This document shows positions 50,360 to 63,915 of a stretch of 64,000 nucleotides of DNA, piece after piece. Position numbers and translations under genes: made by a program. The stretch lies in assembly GCF_009914755.1 (NCBI RefSeq), contig NC_060939.1, one strand, 5' to 3'. Every line of letters begins with the position of its first letter. Positions within the stretch are counted from its first letter, which is position 1. Source of the DNA: the human T2T-CHM13v2.0 reference genome, Homo sapiens. The notes under the pieces are model-generated. The model searched no databases, was not told the DNA's origin, and saw only the letters and a list, made by a program, of their open reading frames with translations.

Positions 50360-52221
50360 AGGGAGATAAAATAATTTAATCAATTGGCCCCTGCGACTGT
50401 GGGACTAACATGGCTATGATCTGTCGGACAGACTTCAGGGTGGCACCCAGGCAAAATTCTATGCTGTAGTAAATGCATCATGCACATTTGTAACAATATG
50501 TACATAACAATGTCACAAAATACTTTCACGGTGACACCTAGATTAGTATTTTATTGAATAGCTGATGATATAAACTGGCTCATTTGATGCCAAGACTGAC
50601 CATTACCACCATACCAAGGTCATCACTGATCAGAGGCCTAACCCAAGGAGGGGGTCATGTGCAGACCCAGCAGTGGGGAGGAAAGATGCTGCAGAGGAGA
50701 CAGATGCCCACAGAGGCCCCTGAGCAGATACCATGCTCACTAAGTGGTAAGTATAGACTCAACGTAGGCTGTAAGGTCTCCCCCTGTGCAAATGGGACAT
50801 CCACTTGAGAGTCAAGGGCCTGTTTGGGTGGCAGGGATAGCCACTTCTGAAGGTAGAAAGGAAATAAGCCACCAAATTGGTATCTTTCTGTGAAATGGAC
50901 ATCGTGCTTAGAATCTCCATTTTCCCCACAACCTGGAGGAATAAGTACTGTCATGTGCATTTTGTAGCTGAGGAATCTGATGCAACAAAATTAAATTACT
51001 TGCCTAAGCAATTAGCAATTAACCAAGTCTTTCTGACTCAGAAACTCAGCTGTTGCCTGTTCATATCCAGCCCCTGTATTGGGGTCAAGATCTGGCCTGT
51101 TCTCAATGCAGCAAGATCCAGGCAGATCACACTGGACTCCCAGCACTGAATCTGGCTCAAGGGGACATCAAATTTGACTGGGTCGTGGGGCTCAGGAGCA
51201 TCACTCTCAAAAATAGTGGTACAGGAAGAGGCGATGACCCTAAACAGCATTTGCAGGCAGATCCCATGTTAATCATAAGGGTCAGGACTCTCTCACTTTT
51301 CTGTCTCTCTCTCTGTCTCTCCTCTAGGGCTGACCCCACATTGGACACCACTGCATCCATGTCCATCACACACCACAGCTGCCTTTTCTTCTGCCTGCTT
51401 ATGGGAAAGTCCCCTCCTCTCCTCCGTTTTCTTCTCTTCCTGCCCTATCACACCGTGCACTTCTCCCTTTCCTTAAAGAACCACCATCAACTTTAGGAGG
51501 AGGGAAAGGGGTGGCTCTGGCAGGAAAAGCCAGAATCCCCTCTAGCCAGCAGAGAGAGAGGAATGGCTGCATGTTTTCTCCCCCAATCCAAGGCACTAGG
51601 TTTTGGCTAGGTTGCAGGTTCCAAGCTGCTCTCCTGCTGTGTCGGTGAGTTCTGGTTAACCTGCAACCTCCTGATGTGGCCACTGCAGTTCATCGAGTCT
51701 TCAGGGACTCCCCATGGCCTGGAGTACTTTGCCTTGCTTACACGGGAGAGGAGAATGGATTTATAGAGAACATCATCTAAATCCAACTTGACCATTGTGT
51801 GGCCACACTTGCTAGATTGCTTTAGTCTAAATCTAGCATTGTAGAAAGACGGGGGAGCTTGGAGCTGCACAAACCCAGGTCTGGAACTGGCTCCTTACCT
51901 TGAAAGGTGAATAATCCTGGCAGGACTCTTAGCCTTCCTGGGCCTCAGTTTCTTTATCTGTTTCTTGGGAAGGAGGATCTCTGCTGGTTGGTTGGGTGAT
52001 GTGGGGGCTGTGTGAAAACAACTTGTCAATACAAGCCAAAATAGGAATATTTCTCCACAGAGTATGAAGGTCAAATGAGAGAATACATTTAAATTAAATG
52101 GAAAATTTAAATGGCAAAAAAGGCAAAGCTGTATTGAAAGTTCTGAGCTTCTCTATAAGGAGCTTTTTGACTATGTAAGAATCCTATACTCGTTCCCCCT
52201 AAATATAAAAAAAAAAGTTGA

Positions 52222-52512
52222 AGGAGGCAGAAGGGAGAGTGATGCACGATGGGCGAGGACTTCACCTACTGTTGCTGGCTTTGAGGATGGAGGAAGGAGG
52301 CCACAAACCCAGAAGCTGGAGCCCCTAGAAGCTAGAAAACGCAGGGACCTGATTCATCCCTTGAGCCTCCAGAAGGGACATAGCCCCACCAGCACCTTGA
52401 CTTTAGCCCAGTGAGATCCTCTTAGGACTTTTGGCAACCAGAACTATAAGACGGAAATGGAAGCCCCTGAGTCTGTAGCTGTTTGCTGCAGCAGCAATAG
52501 AAAACTAATGCA
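52222..52512 (+). mobile_element. MLT1 (MLT1D-like) LTR 3' part
   Basis: GCTGGCTTTGAGGATGGAGGAAGG.GGCCAC...GAGCCTCCAGAAGG...CACCTTGACTTTAGCCCAGTGAGA...CAGCAGCAATAGAAAACTAATGCA. Confidence 0.8.
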
Positions 52513-52530
52513 GAGCCCAAGAAATCACTG

Positions 52531-52745
52531 GTGATGAGATGGGGAAGTGGGCTCAGGAGGTCTGGATCTGTGATGAGATGGGGAAAGTGGGGGAGGTCTG
52601 GATCTGTGATGAGATGGGGAAAGTGGGCTCAGGAGGTCTGGATCTGTGATGAGATGGGGAAAGTGGGCTCAGGAGGTCTGGATCTGTGATGAGATGGGGG
52701 AAGTGGGCTCAGGAGGTCTGGATCTGAGTTGGGGATCTGGAGTGG
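52531..52745. repeat. G-rich ~40-bp VNTR, 5 copies (GTGATGAGATGGGGAAAGTGGGCTCAGGAGGTCTGGATCT)
   Basis: Near-identical units read directly; the second has a small deletion. Confidence 0.95.
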
Positions 52746-53486
52746 AAGGGGAATTCATTTGTTCATTGTCTATCCTTTTGCATTGATTCAGTTTTTTTTC
52801 CATATATATATATGTGAATTTCACAATAAAAGTTTTTTCCAAAATAAAAGAAACAAAAGGGGCTTTTTGCAACTCAATTCCTATCTATGTCTGAGTCCAC
52901 TTGTATTGAATGAGTCTTTCTGCTAACGTCCTTATATTTGGGTGACAATCTGAATGTCAGTGACCAATCAGAGCAGAGGCAGACCTTGGAGTGGGCAGGG
53001 CATCCTGAGGGCCCTGATTCCTGCCATGAGGCATAACCCTTTAGGTGCCAGACCATGGGGAGGTCCAGGGGTTGCAGGGGAGGGCTGTGCATCTGCAATG
53101 ACTCTCAGGGGGCTCCCAGTGGTGGCAATTGGTGAATCTGCACGGCAGTGTTTCAATATTGTCACAGCCCTGCTGTCTCTCATGCTCTCAAAAAGCATTT
53201 CTCTTACCTGTGACAGACTTCCTATACCTAACAGCTTGCAAAAATGTTCCAGGTTAACGAGAATAATCTCTCGGAGCCATACCTACCTGCTTGGGGTCTC
53301 AGTTTCCCCAACTGTCTCCAGACAAGTTAGGCTAGAAGGCCCCTGAGCCTCAGCCCCTCTATACCCCTCCTGTCACCCAGACCTGATCTGGGGCTTGCAC
53401 CCTGGGTGCAGCATGACAGGGGTGGGCAGGGGCTGGCTCTGGGCCAGAGGACCCTTTCTGATGGACTTCAGCTGTTGGCCTTCCAG

Positions 53487-54730
53487 GGGAGACTGATCAA
53501 CCTCACAAGAGTCATACGGTGAGTAGCGGTGGGCAAATCCATCCCCCTCATCTTAGATTTATGGGGAGACAGAGAGAAAGAGGAGACACTCCAGGAAGAC
53601 CTGCAGGTGGGAGTACCAGGTTGAAACCAAGGACACCTTCCTGGAGGAGCTGCTGTTTGAGCCAGCTCTGAGAACAGGTGGGGACAGGACTGGAGAGGAG
53701 AAGGGTGTCCCCTATGAGCAAAGACTGGCCACCACCCAATCTAACACCCCCACAGGGACCCTGTGGCATCCCTGTCCAGTCCCTGTCACCACCCAGTTTT
53801 TCCCTCTGGACCCAGGAATTCAAAGTAAGCAAGGAGGTCCGCTGCTCCAGTTGGCTGCATATAATTACAACCTTGAGCCCAAGCAGCACTTTGGGTCCTG
53901 GTTTGGGACCATGAAGCGGCTCGGTGAGACTGAGAGGTAAGGCCAGGGCAGGAATTGGGATAGTGGGATTGAACTCTCCCTGGGGGCCAGCCTCAGAAAG
54001 CCTGTGGCCATGGCCTCTTGGTCAACATCAGATCCTGTGGTCTGGCAATGCCTGGGGTACCCAGACCTCACTCTGGACAGGCCCTGGGAGGGGGCCCTGG
54101 TGAGATTCCTGGCAGCCTCACAGCCACTCTTCTGTCCATAGCTACAACATGTCATGCCAGCTGGAGGCTCCATCCCAGTTGGCTGGGAGCACAAAGGCCA
54201 GGAAGATAGACATCACCCACCACAGGAGCCAGTCGGGTCCTGAACCAGGGCGGGCAGAGGTTGGCTGCCTTGGGATATGGGTGGGCTCAGGGAGTCAGAC
54301 AGCAAGGGACTAGCCTCCCATCCTACTGCTGACCAGCCCTGTGACTGGGGAGAGTCACCTTACTTCTCTGGGCCTCAGTTTCCCCCTCTGTGGAGTGACA
54401 CTAAATGATCTCTCTGGAGACTGGGATCAATAGGGCACTGGTGATTGACCAGGCACTCAGCACATGCCTGGAGCACACGGTGCAGGGCTGTGGTGGGGAG
54501 GTGGCCTGAGTTCCTGGGGAGTCACCCATGTGTGCCTGCCGTTCTGACCAGCCACCAGGCACTCAGGGCAGAGCCCACTACCAGCAGCAGCTCACACCCC
54601 GATACCAGCTCAGAGGCGGCCCCTAGCTCAGCAGCAGGGACATCACGGACACTTTAAGCTGCTACTAGGGTGGCTTCTCCAGCTCCCACGTGGAGAGGGG
54701 TCCCAGCTGAGTCCCACTCACGTGGAGTCT
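53487..54730 (+). pseudogene. Unprocessed RALGDS/RGL4-like pseudogene fragment (C-terminal RasGEF/CDC25 region plus Ser-rich linker), four exons
   Basis: AG/GT-bounded exons 53487-53518 (GRLINLTRVI), 53816-53936 (EFKVSKEV/LLQLAAYNYNLEPKQHFGSWFGTMKRLGETE), 54142-54231 (SYNMSCQLEAPSQLAGSTKARKIDITHHRS), 54552-~54730 (HQALRAEPTTSSSSHP/QLRGGP*LSSRDITDTLSCY*GGFSSSHVE) are colinear with recalled RALGDS GRLINFEKRRK-EFEVIAQIKLLQSACNNY...QFGAWFRAVERLSETE-SYNLSCELEPPSESAS...-RQAPSTELSTSGSSHS...QLRCGPYLSSGDIADALS...SSSSDVE. Frameshifts plus TAG stops at 54624 and 54666. Confidence 0.85.
54325..54410. mobile_element. MIR fragment in intron 3 of the RALGDS-like pseudogene
   Basis: CTGTGACTGGGGAGAGTCACCTTACTTCTCTGGGCCTCAGTTTCCCCCTCTGT is MIR core-like. 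Confidence 0.7.
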
Positions 54731-55190
54731 CATGCCCATGAAACTGCCATTCACCACTGGCCAGGCTCATGAGGCCGCATGAAACGGGGGTCACTGGGCA
54801 GGAGATATCAGGGGAACAGAGAGGGTGGTTGAATTTTTGTATAATAGGCAGTGCAAGTGTTTACCGTTTGGGAGGGGAAAGGTTTGTTATTATTAGCAAT
54901 GTTACACTTGAATATTATACTAAAATCCAGTTTCTCTATAACCTGGGAGTTGCTCTTTTGTTCTTTCTTTTCCCATCTTAATTAAAATGAGATGCAGACT
55001 CTCACGGTCCACAGTCGATTAAGAAATCTTGCACGGCCATCAGGTTATGTCTTGGAGAGCAGAGTTTCAGTACCATCAGCCTGGCAAGGAGCCGAGCCTG
55101 CTCCTCAGAGCTGCCGGGACTGCGAGAATTGGCATGTTCACAGGGCACTGTCACAGCCTCTGAAACATGCTGTCTTTAAAGACGTTTGCA

Positions 55191-55500
<310 letters not shown>

Positions 55501-57486
55501 CAAAGACATTTGCAAGGACCATGTCCTCACCCAGAATGGTGCCTGCCTTTCTACAGTTTTTCAGGAAGAGGAAACATTTTCTGCTTCTCTCGCTGAGGTT
55601 TTTTTTAACCACCCATTAGGAACCTATAGATTTCAGGATCGAACACTGGGATTCCCTCAGCACTAAAGGAGGAAAATTGCAAACAGAGCTGAAAGTGCAA
55701 TGTGCAAAGGTGAGGCTAAGGAAGGTTCTTAGCCAGTAGACCAAGGGCAGGAAGGACACTGCCTCCTCAGTCTCCCACTAGGGAACTTGTGATTCGTCTC
55801 CCCTGACCTCAGAATTCCTTGTCATGTTTGTTTTGTCTCCAAGGGAAGGGTTTGAATTACAGAATTTAAGGCTAGAGTGAGCCTCGTGCAGTTAACATTA
55901 ACCCTCTCTCTCCTTCGCTGGCCGAGGTGAAGTCCGGGAACATGTAGTTCTGACGTCCACTCTCTCGGGGGATCACCAGTTCACCCATCTCACCTGGCAA
56001 GCTGGGCCCTAGTTTGGCGACAGGCATCTTCCACCCACCTGGGAGGCAGGGTTCAACACTCTGCCTCTGACCTTGTTTCCTTCTTCTGCCATCTGCTTAG
56101 GCAGCCAGAAGGGGTTGTCCAGCCAGCACCTGGGCTTTGGCGCTCCTCAAGTAGGTGGAGGAAGTTTCAGGCACCTGGCTCCTCAGGTGTCTGCCATCCA
56201 GGTGCTCTTCAGGCCTGCCCAGCAGAGCTCTCTTGATCCAGCTAGAACTGGCCAGAACTGACTCACTCAGGAATGTGTAGACTTTGGCATCAGGGGCTGC
56301 TTTAATTTGCACAATTTCCAAATACCTCTTTTTTCTTCTTTTTCTGATGAGTCATCTCCCTAGACTTGCATTTTAAAGAGATAGATAGTTATCAGGTTCC
56401 AGAGAAGACATGGTAGAACATTTATATCTCAAAGACACAGAGCTGAGACTTCAGTTTTAGATACTATAATTTGCCTAAACCAAAAAGGAAGGTGTAGGTA
56501 AAGTTCTAGTCAAGACAGGATGGCCAGGAAAAACACCTTAAACCAAGGGACGGCTTGCTTTGCTGATTTAAGCCAATGGCTTCTTTATCATAAGACTTCC
56601 CAGTGATTTAGTCCTCCCTCTCTTCCAGTGCACAGAGACATACCCCTCCTTACAAATAAAAATGTTCTTTATAGATGTAAATTTATTTTACAAAAATGTT
56701 TCAAAATAACCAGATGAAAATCATCCTTATGCCAGAAAGACTTGTTTTTTTTTTTTCATTACTAGAAATGAAACAGTAAGTATTTGTTGTATTGACATAC
56801 TTAGGCTTAGACCTATGTTTAACATGAAAGCCTAATAATAGCACTGTGGTTAGACTGTAGCCTATTTTTCCAAACCATCATTTTATTATTAAGGAAACGA
56901 AGGATCAAATACCTTTCATTCATCTGATATGATCCTTTAAAACACATTCCACTAATAAGTCCCATTTGGAACAGCTGAAAATCTTTTAATAAAACTTTTT
57001 AAAGATGAGCTCATGGCTTAGTGTAAATTTCACAAGCTTAATTAGGTCAAATGGAAGGAACTCAGATGAGTAGTTGCCCAATCAGAGCCCATTTGTAAGT
57101 CATCAGACCCCTCCATGACCTTAAAACTCCACTCTGACTTAATTATTGCAAACCTATATACAACAAAGTGAAAGGATTAATTTTCATTCATCAACCTCTC
57201 AATCCCAGATTTTCAAAGAAAAAACCTATGTAAGGAATACTTACCAAAACCAGACAGGAAAATTAGAGCCTGCATACTTTAGAGTCAAATTTGTTCCACT
57301 ACAGCCAGGTCGCATACAATTACATCATTTGGTTCTTCATACACTCTAGAACTGACTAGGACAGACTTTAGCATAGAAAAACTGTAAGAAATCGGTTCTG
57401 AAACATAGAAATTGCAAAGTTCAAAAGGCTATGAAAAAAACTAATGTAAATGAGAGACTCCCCTCCTTTTGTTTTAAAGAAATAGA

Positions 57487-58240
57487 CCCATCAGAGAAAT
57501 GCAAATCAAAACCACAATGAGATACCATCTCACACCAGTTAGAATGGTGATCATTAAAAAGTCAGGAAACAACAGGTGCTGGAGAGGATGTGGAGAAATA
57601 GGAACACTTTCACACTGTTGGTGGGACTGTAAACTAGTTCAACCACTGTGGAAGACAGTGTGGCCATTCCTCAGGGATCTAGAACTAGAAATACCATTTG
57701 ACCCAGCCATCCCACTACTGGGTATATACCCAAAGGATTATAAATTGTGCTGCTATAAAGACACATGCACATGTATGTTTATTGCGGCACTATTCACAAT
57801 AGCAAAGACTTGGAACCAACCCAAATGTCCAACAATGATAGACTGGATGAAGAAAATGTGGCACATATACACCATGGAATACTATGCATCCATAAAAAAT
57901 GATGAGTTCATGTCCTTTGTAGGGACACGGATGAAGCTGGAAACCATCATTCTCAGCAAACTATCGCAAGGACAAAAAACCAAACACCGCATGTTCTCAC
58001 TCATAGGTGGGAATTGAACAATGAGAACACTTGGACACAGGAAGGGGAACATCACACACCAGGGCCTGTTGTGGGGTGGGGGGAGGGGGGAGGGATAGCA
58101 TTAGGAGATATACCTAATATAAATGATGAGTTAATGGGTGCAGCACACCAACATGGCACATGTATACATATGCAACAAACCTGCACATTGTGCATGTGTA
58201 CCCTAGAATTTAAAGTATAATTAAAAAATAAAAAAAGAAA
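57487..58240 (+). mobile_element. 5'-truncated L1PA (relatively young) 3' end with open ORF2 C-terminus and TSD
   Basis: ORF 57499..58017 is the L1 ORF2 C-terminal 172 aa incl. [18 protein letters not shown]; G-rich 3'UTR, A tail; TSD AAAGAAATAGA at 57476-57486 and 58238-58248. Confidence 0.95.
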
Positions 58241-61061
58241 GAAATAGATGTTCTGTAAAAATATACACAATTTTTACAGACAAATACATTTATAAGTTGT
58301 TTTTGTCTTAAAAATTGGGGATATTTCATATTTATAACTAATTATTGAACCTTAAGTTTTCTTGGCCATTTCTAGGCTAATAAACTAAGAATCATGTAAA
58401 CTAAGCCAAAGTAGAATAGACATAAAAGTCCTGAACACTTCAACTTCTATCCTTCAAGAAGTATACCTCGCAAAGCTCATTTGAGAGAGGAAAAGCTTTC
58501 CTCCACCCTCTGTTTTACAGCGCTGAGGCTTCTCATCACATTTCTATGACTTGTAGCTTAAATCCATGTTACATGGTCACTGGCATTGTTAGTGCTTCTC
58601 TTTTAACACTGTAGGAGATAATCAATTTGGTGGTGTATTTAATTCTATCACTAGAGGATTGTAAAATTACATATATTAATACCTCACTTTAGAGGCCACT
58701 TAATTTTTTTCCAAGGGGATATTTGACTATATTTCACTTGTGTCTTATTTAATGATTTTATAATTTAAACCCTAAATTATAAATCTAGAATTTAGAAAGT
58801 ATATTTCCCCACTGGATTACATTTTTGGAAATATTATTTTATATGTGCACAAATATTACAAAATCACTGTAGACACCTGAAAACTATATTATCTTTTAAA
58901 GGCAATATTTACATTAAACTGGTATAACAAAATTGTTTGATGCATTTTTTCCAGTACATTTTGTATATATTATGTTTAACCTTTTTTTATTCAGCAAATA
59001 ATTTTTGAGTATCTACTAAGTGCTAGGTTCTGCATTACTAACTGAATTTAAAGAGTGAAATAACAGACATGGTCTCAGACAATAAAAATTAACATTAGGT
59101 CACCTATTTATATATTTTTAAATGGTAATTATGAAAACTTTTTGAGATTTTTAACTAGATAACATTATAATAATACACTTGATGTTGTTAATATTTGCCA
59201 GTGAGCAAAAAAGAAAATAAAAAGATGGTTTTATTCAATATACACTTTAAAATTGCAGAAAATAGTCAAGTTTCTCTGCTTTGCAGTTGAATGTCTATGT
59301 GTTTTTCTCTGCAACTTGGCTTTTGTGGAGTGAAACAATTATTCTTCCAGCCCAATAAAAGCAGAAGAGTAACAATAAATCTGATATTTTAAATGCTTAT
59401 CAAAAGATAGTAGACATATTATTTCAGAATACTGAGTTCAATAAGTTGACCTACAAAAAAAGCCAAACTGACAGTATTACTGAATAAGGAAAGGCCCAAA
59501 GAGACAAAATATTTTTTATTTTGTAACCTCGGTATGACACAACTTACCCTAACTATAAAGACCCTAAATGACCAAGATGGGTGCTTATAATATGGAGAGT
59601 AAAAAAGTCATTTCACTTTTAGCTTTTTTATTTCTCTCAGAATAAAAAGTGTATAAGGAGTTGATAAAGAAGTTGATACTATAAGTTAGTACTACAATGA
59701 CAGCACTTTTCAAGAAAAGACTTTTTTCTCTCTTACAAATATCATGTTAGCAGTATTTGTTTTCTCCAGAAATAATGAGGAAATAAAAACATAAGTATGT
59801 GGGTAATTAGTTAGTTTCTTAAAGAAATGAGTTAGGCAACAGGCTAATAATGTATACTTCACTGGCTTTTGAATGCCAACAATCATATTCTTTATAAAGC
59901 ACAGAGAAGATTTTTCTAAAGAATAAGTATGTGAACCTGAAAAGTAATCACCACTTGGTAGTGATAATATGGATAGGGTGAAGGGCGTCATCAAGAAGCA
60001 ATGAAAAGATACATTTGCAGTTAAATTTGAAAACCATGATGTTTAATACATATAGTAATAAAGAATACTTTCTCCTGTTTCAAAATCATTTTAGAATTTA
60101 AGATAGAAGCTAAAATACCTAGGGATAATGATATGACTATCAAAAATTAAAAATTAAAGGACATTTTGAGTATTATAAGTTAAGAATGAGAACTTATTAC
60201 CCAATGAACAGGGGATAATTCATTATGCTCCATATTCATTGAATTAAAAGACAGGCCCATTACGTGGATAATTTGAAAGTTTAATTTTATTTAAAAGTCT
60301 TGTTTCATTCATCAAGCAAAATGATTAGCTCCCAGAAATATTCTAGGATTGCATATCCCCAACTCTGTAGGAAGTATAGAAAGAATGTTATAAGGGCCAC
60401 CATCTAAACATTATTATGTAAATAATTTAGTACCATTCCATTTGCCTTTGTAGATTTAAAAATGTAAATGGCTTTCTCATATTAGGAAACATCACTTTTC
60501 AAAACCCAGATAAACATAGTACATTGCAAGAGAATAATTATTTTCTTTATTAAAAAAGAAATACTGGATGCTAAGTCCAAAAGACATAAATTATTTTATA
60601 CTAATAACTACTAACATTTTATTCATGAAAATATAAAGGTCAAAGATTTTAAAATGATCTTTAAATGATTAATAACATGTTGATCTTTTTCTTCTTTCTG
60701 TAAAACTTTTTGAGTCTTAAAAATACTAAACTATACAAGCAATATTAAATGGTATATAAACTTGGATTAAAATATTCAAATTTACTAGAATGTAGACATT
60801 GGAAAGAATGAAAATAAACAGAAGCATAAAGCAGCAGCTATAAAATTAAGAAAGCAACTAAGAGTGTTTAAAGTACATATTCATCTGTAGTCTAATGTCT
60901 ACCATAAAAAATGACTCTTCTCAGTAAAACACAAATTGTTCATGAAGGGAAAAAGCATGTTGTATTAGAGAATATTCAACATAATTTCTTTAGTACTAAC
61001 TTGTGCCTGGAGTATTATTGGTTTTTCTATTATGAACTTATGTACTTGATAATTTTTTTCA

Positions 61062-61266
<205 letters not shown>

Positions 61267-61794
61267 GAGTGTAATATCGGTATACACAGGTAATATACTG
61301 AATGAAACAAATAGAATAATTTGAAGAGGTATCTTGATGAACAAGGAGTCATTAGAAAGGTTGTATTCATGTCTTTGAAGGAAATTGCAATGTGAGAAAT
61401 TAATACTTTGACTACTATACTAAAAGTTTATTGCTAACGTATTGAGTTATTAACGTGTGTTAGGCAGAGTACCATATAATTTACAAGTGTTATCTCATTT
61501 ATTGTAGGTAAAATGTAATTTCGAACTCTGGGAGTATAAATGAATTAGATAGAATAAAATTCTATTTAAATGGCCATCAGTAAATCGGTATCTAGGAACA
61601 GGGTGATACAGTGCCCAAGTTTTCTATTCTTACTAAATGTTGTGTTTCATTTTCAATGTTTTCTTGGATATTGCTCTTTTTTGGTGATTTTGATTTTTTT
61701 TATTTTAGAAAACTAATAAATTGACTCTTCTTGGTACTGACTCGGGTTTTATAGAAGAAGAAGTAATTAAATTCTGTACATTTACCTTTACCTC

Positions 61795-62476
61795 ATTTTT
61801 TGTCTTTTAAATTTATTTTAATTGACATATAATAAATGTACATGTTATGGGGTACAGCGTGATATTTTGATATATTTATGCAATGTGTAAAGATCAAGTC
61901 AGAGTCATTATCATATCCATTACCTAAATCATGTATTATTTCTTTGCAGTGAGAATATTCAAAATCTTTTATTTTAGTTATTTGAAAACACACAATAAAT
62001 TCCCGTTAACTACAGTCACCCAACAGTGCTGTAGAGAACTAGAACTTCTTCCTTCTCTCTAGCTGTAATTTTGTATGTATTAACCACAGTTTTCTTATAC
62101 TCTTCTTTCTCCTACTCTTTCCAGGATATGATAACCAAAACTCTACTATCTACTTCTATGAGATTAAAAATTTTAGCTTCCATACATAAGTGAGAACATG
62201 TAGTTATGTGGTGTTTATGTTTCTATGCCAGGCTTATTTCACCTAACATAATGCCCTCCACTTGCATTCTTGTTGCCACAAATAACAGGATTTTGTTCTT
62301 TATTATGACTAAATAATATTCCATTATATATGTATGTCACATTTCTTTATCCATTCATCTGTTGATGGACACTTTTGTTGATTCCATATCTTGGCTATTG
62401 TGAATAGTGCTGTAATAAACATGGGGGTGCAGGTAACTCTTTGATATACTGATTTTCTTTCCTTTGGATATATACT
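61795..62476 (-). mobile_element. L1MA-like 3' end (antisense)
   Basis: TTTTAATTGACATATAATAA.TGTACAT...GCTTCCACATACAAGTGAGAACATG...TCTTTATCCATTCATCTGTTGATGGACAC...TTTCCTTTGGATATATAC. Confidence 0.85.
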
Positions 62477-63175
62477 GAAAACCATATGATTAAATTAATA
62501 AACACAATAAAAGCGTTTGGCAAAATTAAATATTCTTACATGACAAAAAACCTCTCAACAATTTAGTATAGAAAATATATGCCTTAACACAGAAGGACAT
62601 AAAGGACAAATCTACAACTAAGATCATACTGAGTGTGGAAAAGGTGAAAGATTTTACTGTGAACAAGAAAAAGATTTTACTGGAACAAGAAAAGGATGCC
62701 TATTCTCACCAATCATATTTCACATAGTGAAAGTCTTAACCAGGACAATTAGGTGAGAGAAAGAAATAAAGGACATCTGAATTGGAAAGGAGACAGTCAA
62801 ATTGTCCCTGTTTAAAGGCAATGTGATCTTATACACGGAAAAAAATAAGACTCTACCAAAAGCTTCTTAGGGTGATACATGAAATTAATAAAGTTGCAGG
62901 ATATAAATCAACATACAAAAATCAGTAGCATTTCTATATATTGATAGTAAACTAGCTGAAACAAGAAATTAAGAAAGCAATTCCTTTTACAATAGCTACA
63001 AAAATGTACTTAGAAATAAATTTAACCAAGGAAGTAAAAGATTTTGACAACAAAAATGACAGGTATTAATGAAAGAAATTAAAGAAAACACAAAAAAGGA
63101 AAGACATCCATGTTTACAGATTGAAATAACTAATATTCTTAAAATGACCCACTATCCTATGTGATTTACAAATTT
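62477..63175 (+). mobile_element. Degenerate L1 ORF2 (RT region) fragment, sense
   Basis: AAAACCATATGAT...GGAACAAGAAAAGGATGCC...TAAAGTTGCAGGATATAAATCAACATACAAAAATCAGTAGCATTTCTATA...TTTAACCAAGGAAGTAAAAGA. Confidence 0.85.
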
Positions 63176-63915
63176 GGTACAATCACTAGCTTGTATTTTT
63201 AAAAGCACCTTTGCTGCATATTCTTAAGACATTCAACAATGCCTGGATTTAAGTTTGAGGTATTATTATATCTATTTTATACTGGGCACAATATGATGTT
63301 ATCAGAGGTAACGGTTTTGATTGGTCCTAGGTCATACAGTAATATATACATTGTGATTTATAGACATGCTATCTTTTAATACTCAGGCATTTAGAAAGTT
63401 CATTTAGAAAAAGTTATAAAAACTTGCCTTCCTTTCTGACTATATCACCTAAAAATCCTAATTTAAGAGGTAATAACATTTTTTATTTGATATACAATTT
63501 ATCAACACAATAAAAATCTAACAATTATCATGTGCAGAGTGTGAAAATCTCATCAGATTAAGGAACACAAAGACATCTTTTTCATATTTCGAATGTAAAA
63601 CTGTTTTGGAAACTGTTATTTTTAGAAACAGTTAAAAACATTTTTTCATTAGTTTTTCATGTAAAATTATGACAACCAGCATGAAATAACTGTCATCACA
63701 GAAGCATGGTATATTCGATTCCAAAACATATTCTTTGTAAGTTTTAATATATTTATGTATTATTTATACTTAGATTGTAACCCATAATGTTACAATTTAT
63801 GTTACAATATTATTTTTCCTTCAACTCTTAAGAATATTCTTAAATAATAAAATTAAAATTAATGAATTATAATTTTTGTTGCTTGGGAAAAAGAGTAGAC
63901 ACACACGTGACAGTG

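Noticed and set aside
53000-53050. LIPAMRHNPL as a possible upstream RALGDS exon (cf. LDTAMKDYLY)
   Set aside because: Similarity too short, the expected GTVPYLGTFL motif is not visible and no convincing acceptor.
53557-53606. AG/GT-bounded 50-nt segment inside pseudogene intron 1
   Set aside because: No counterpart in RALGDS, whose recalled peptide runs directly from exon 1 to exon 2; probably chance splice-like signals.
57499-58017. 172-aa ORF with a Cys/His motif
   Set aside because: C-terminus of L1 ORF2 in a 5'-truncated insertion; not a host gene.
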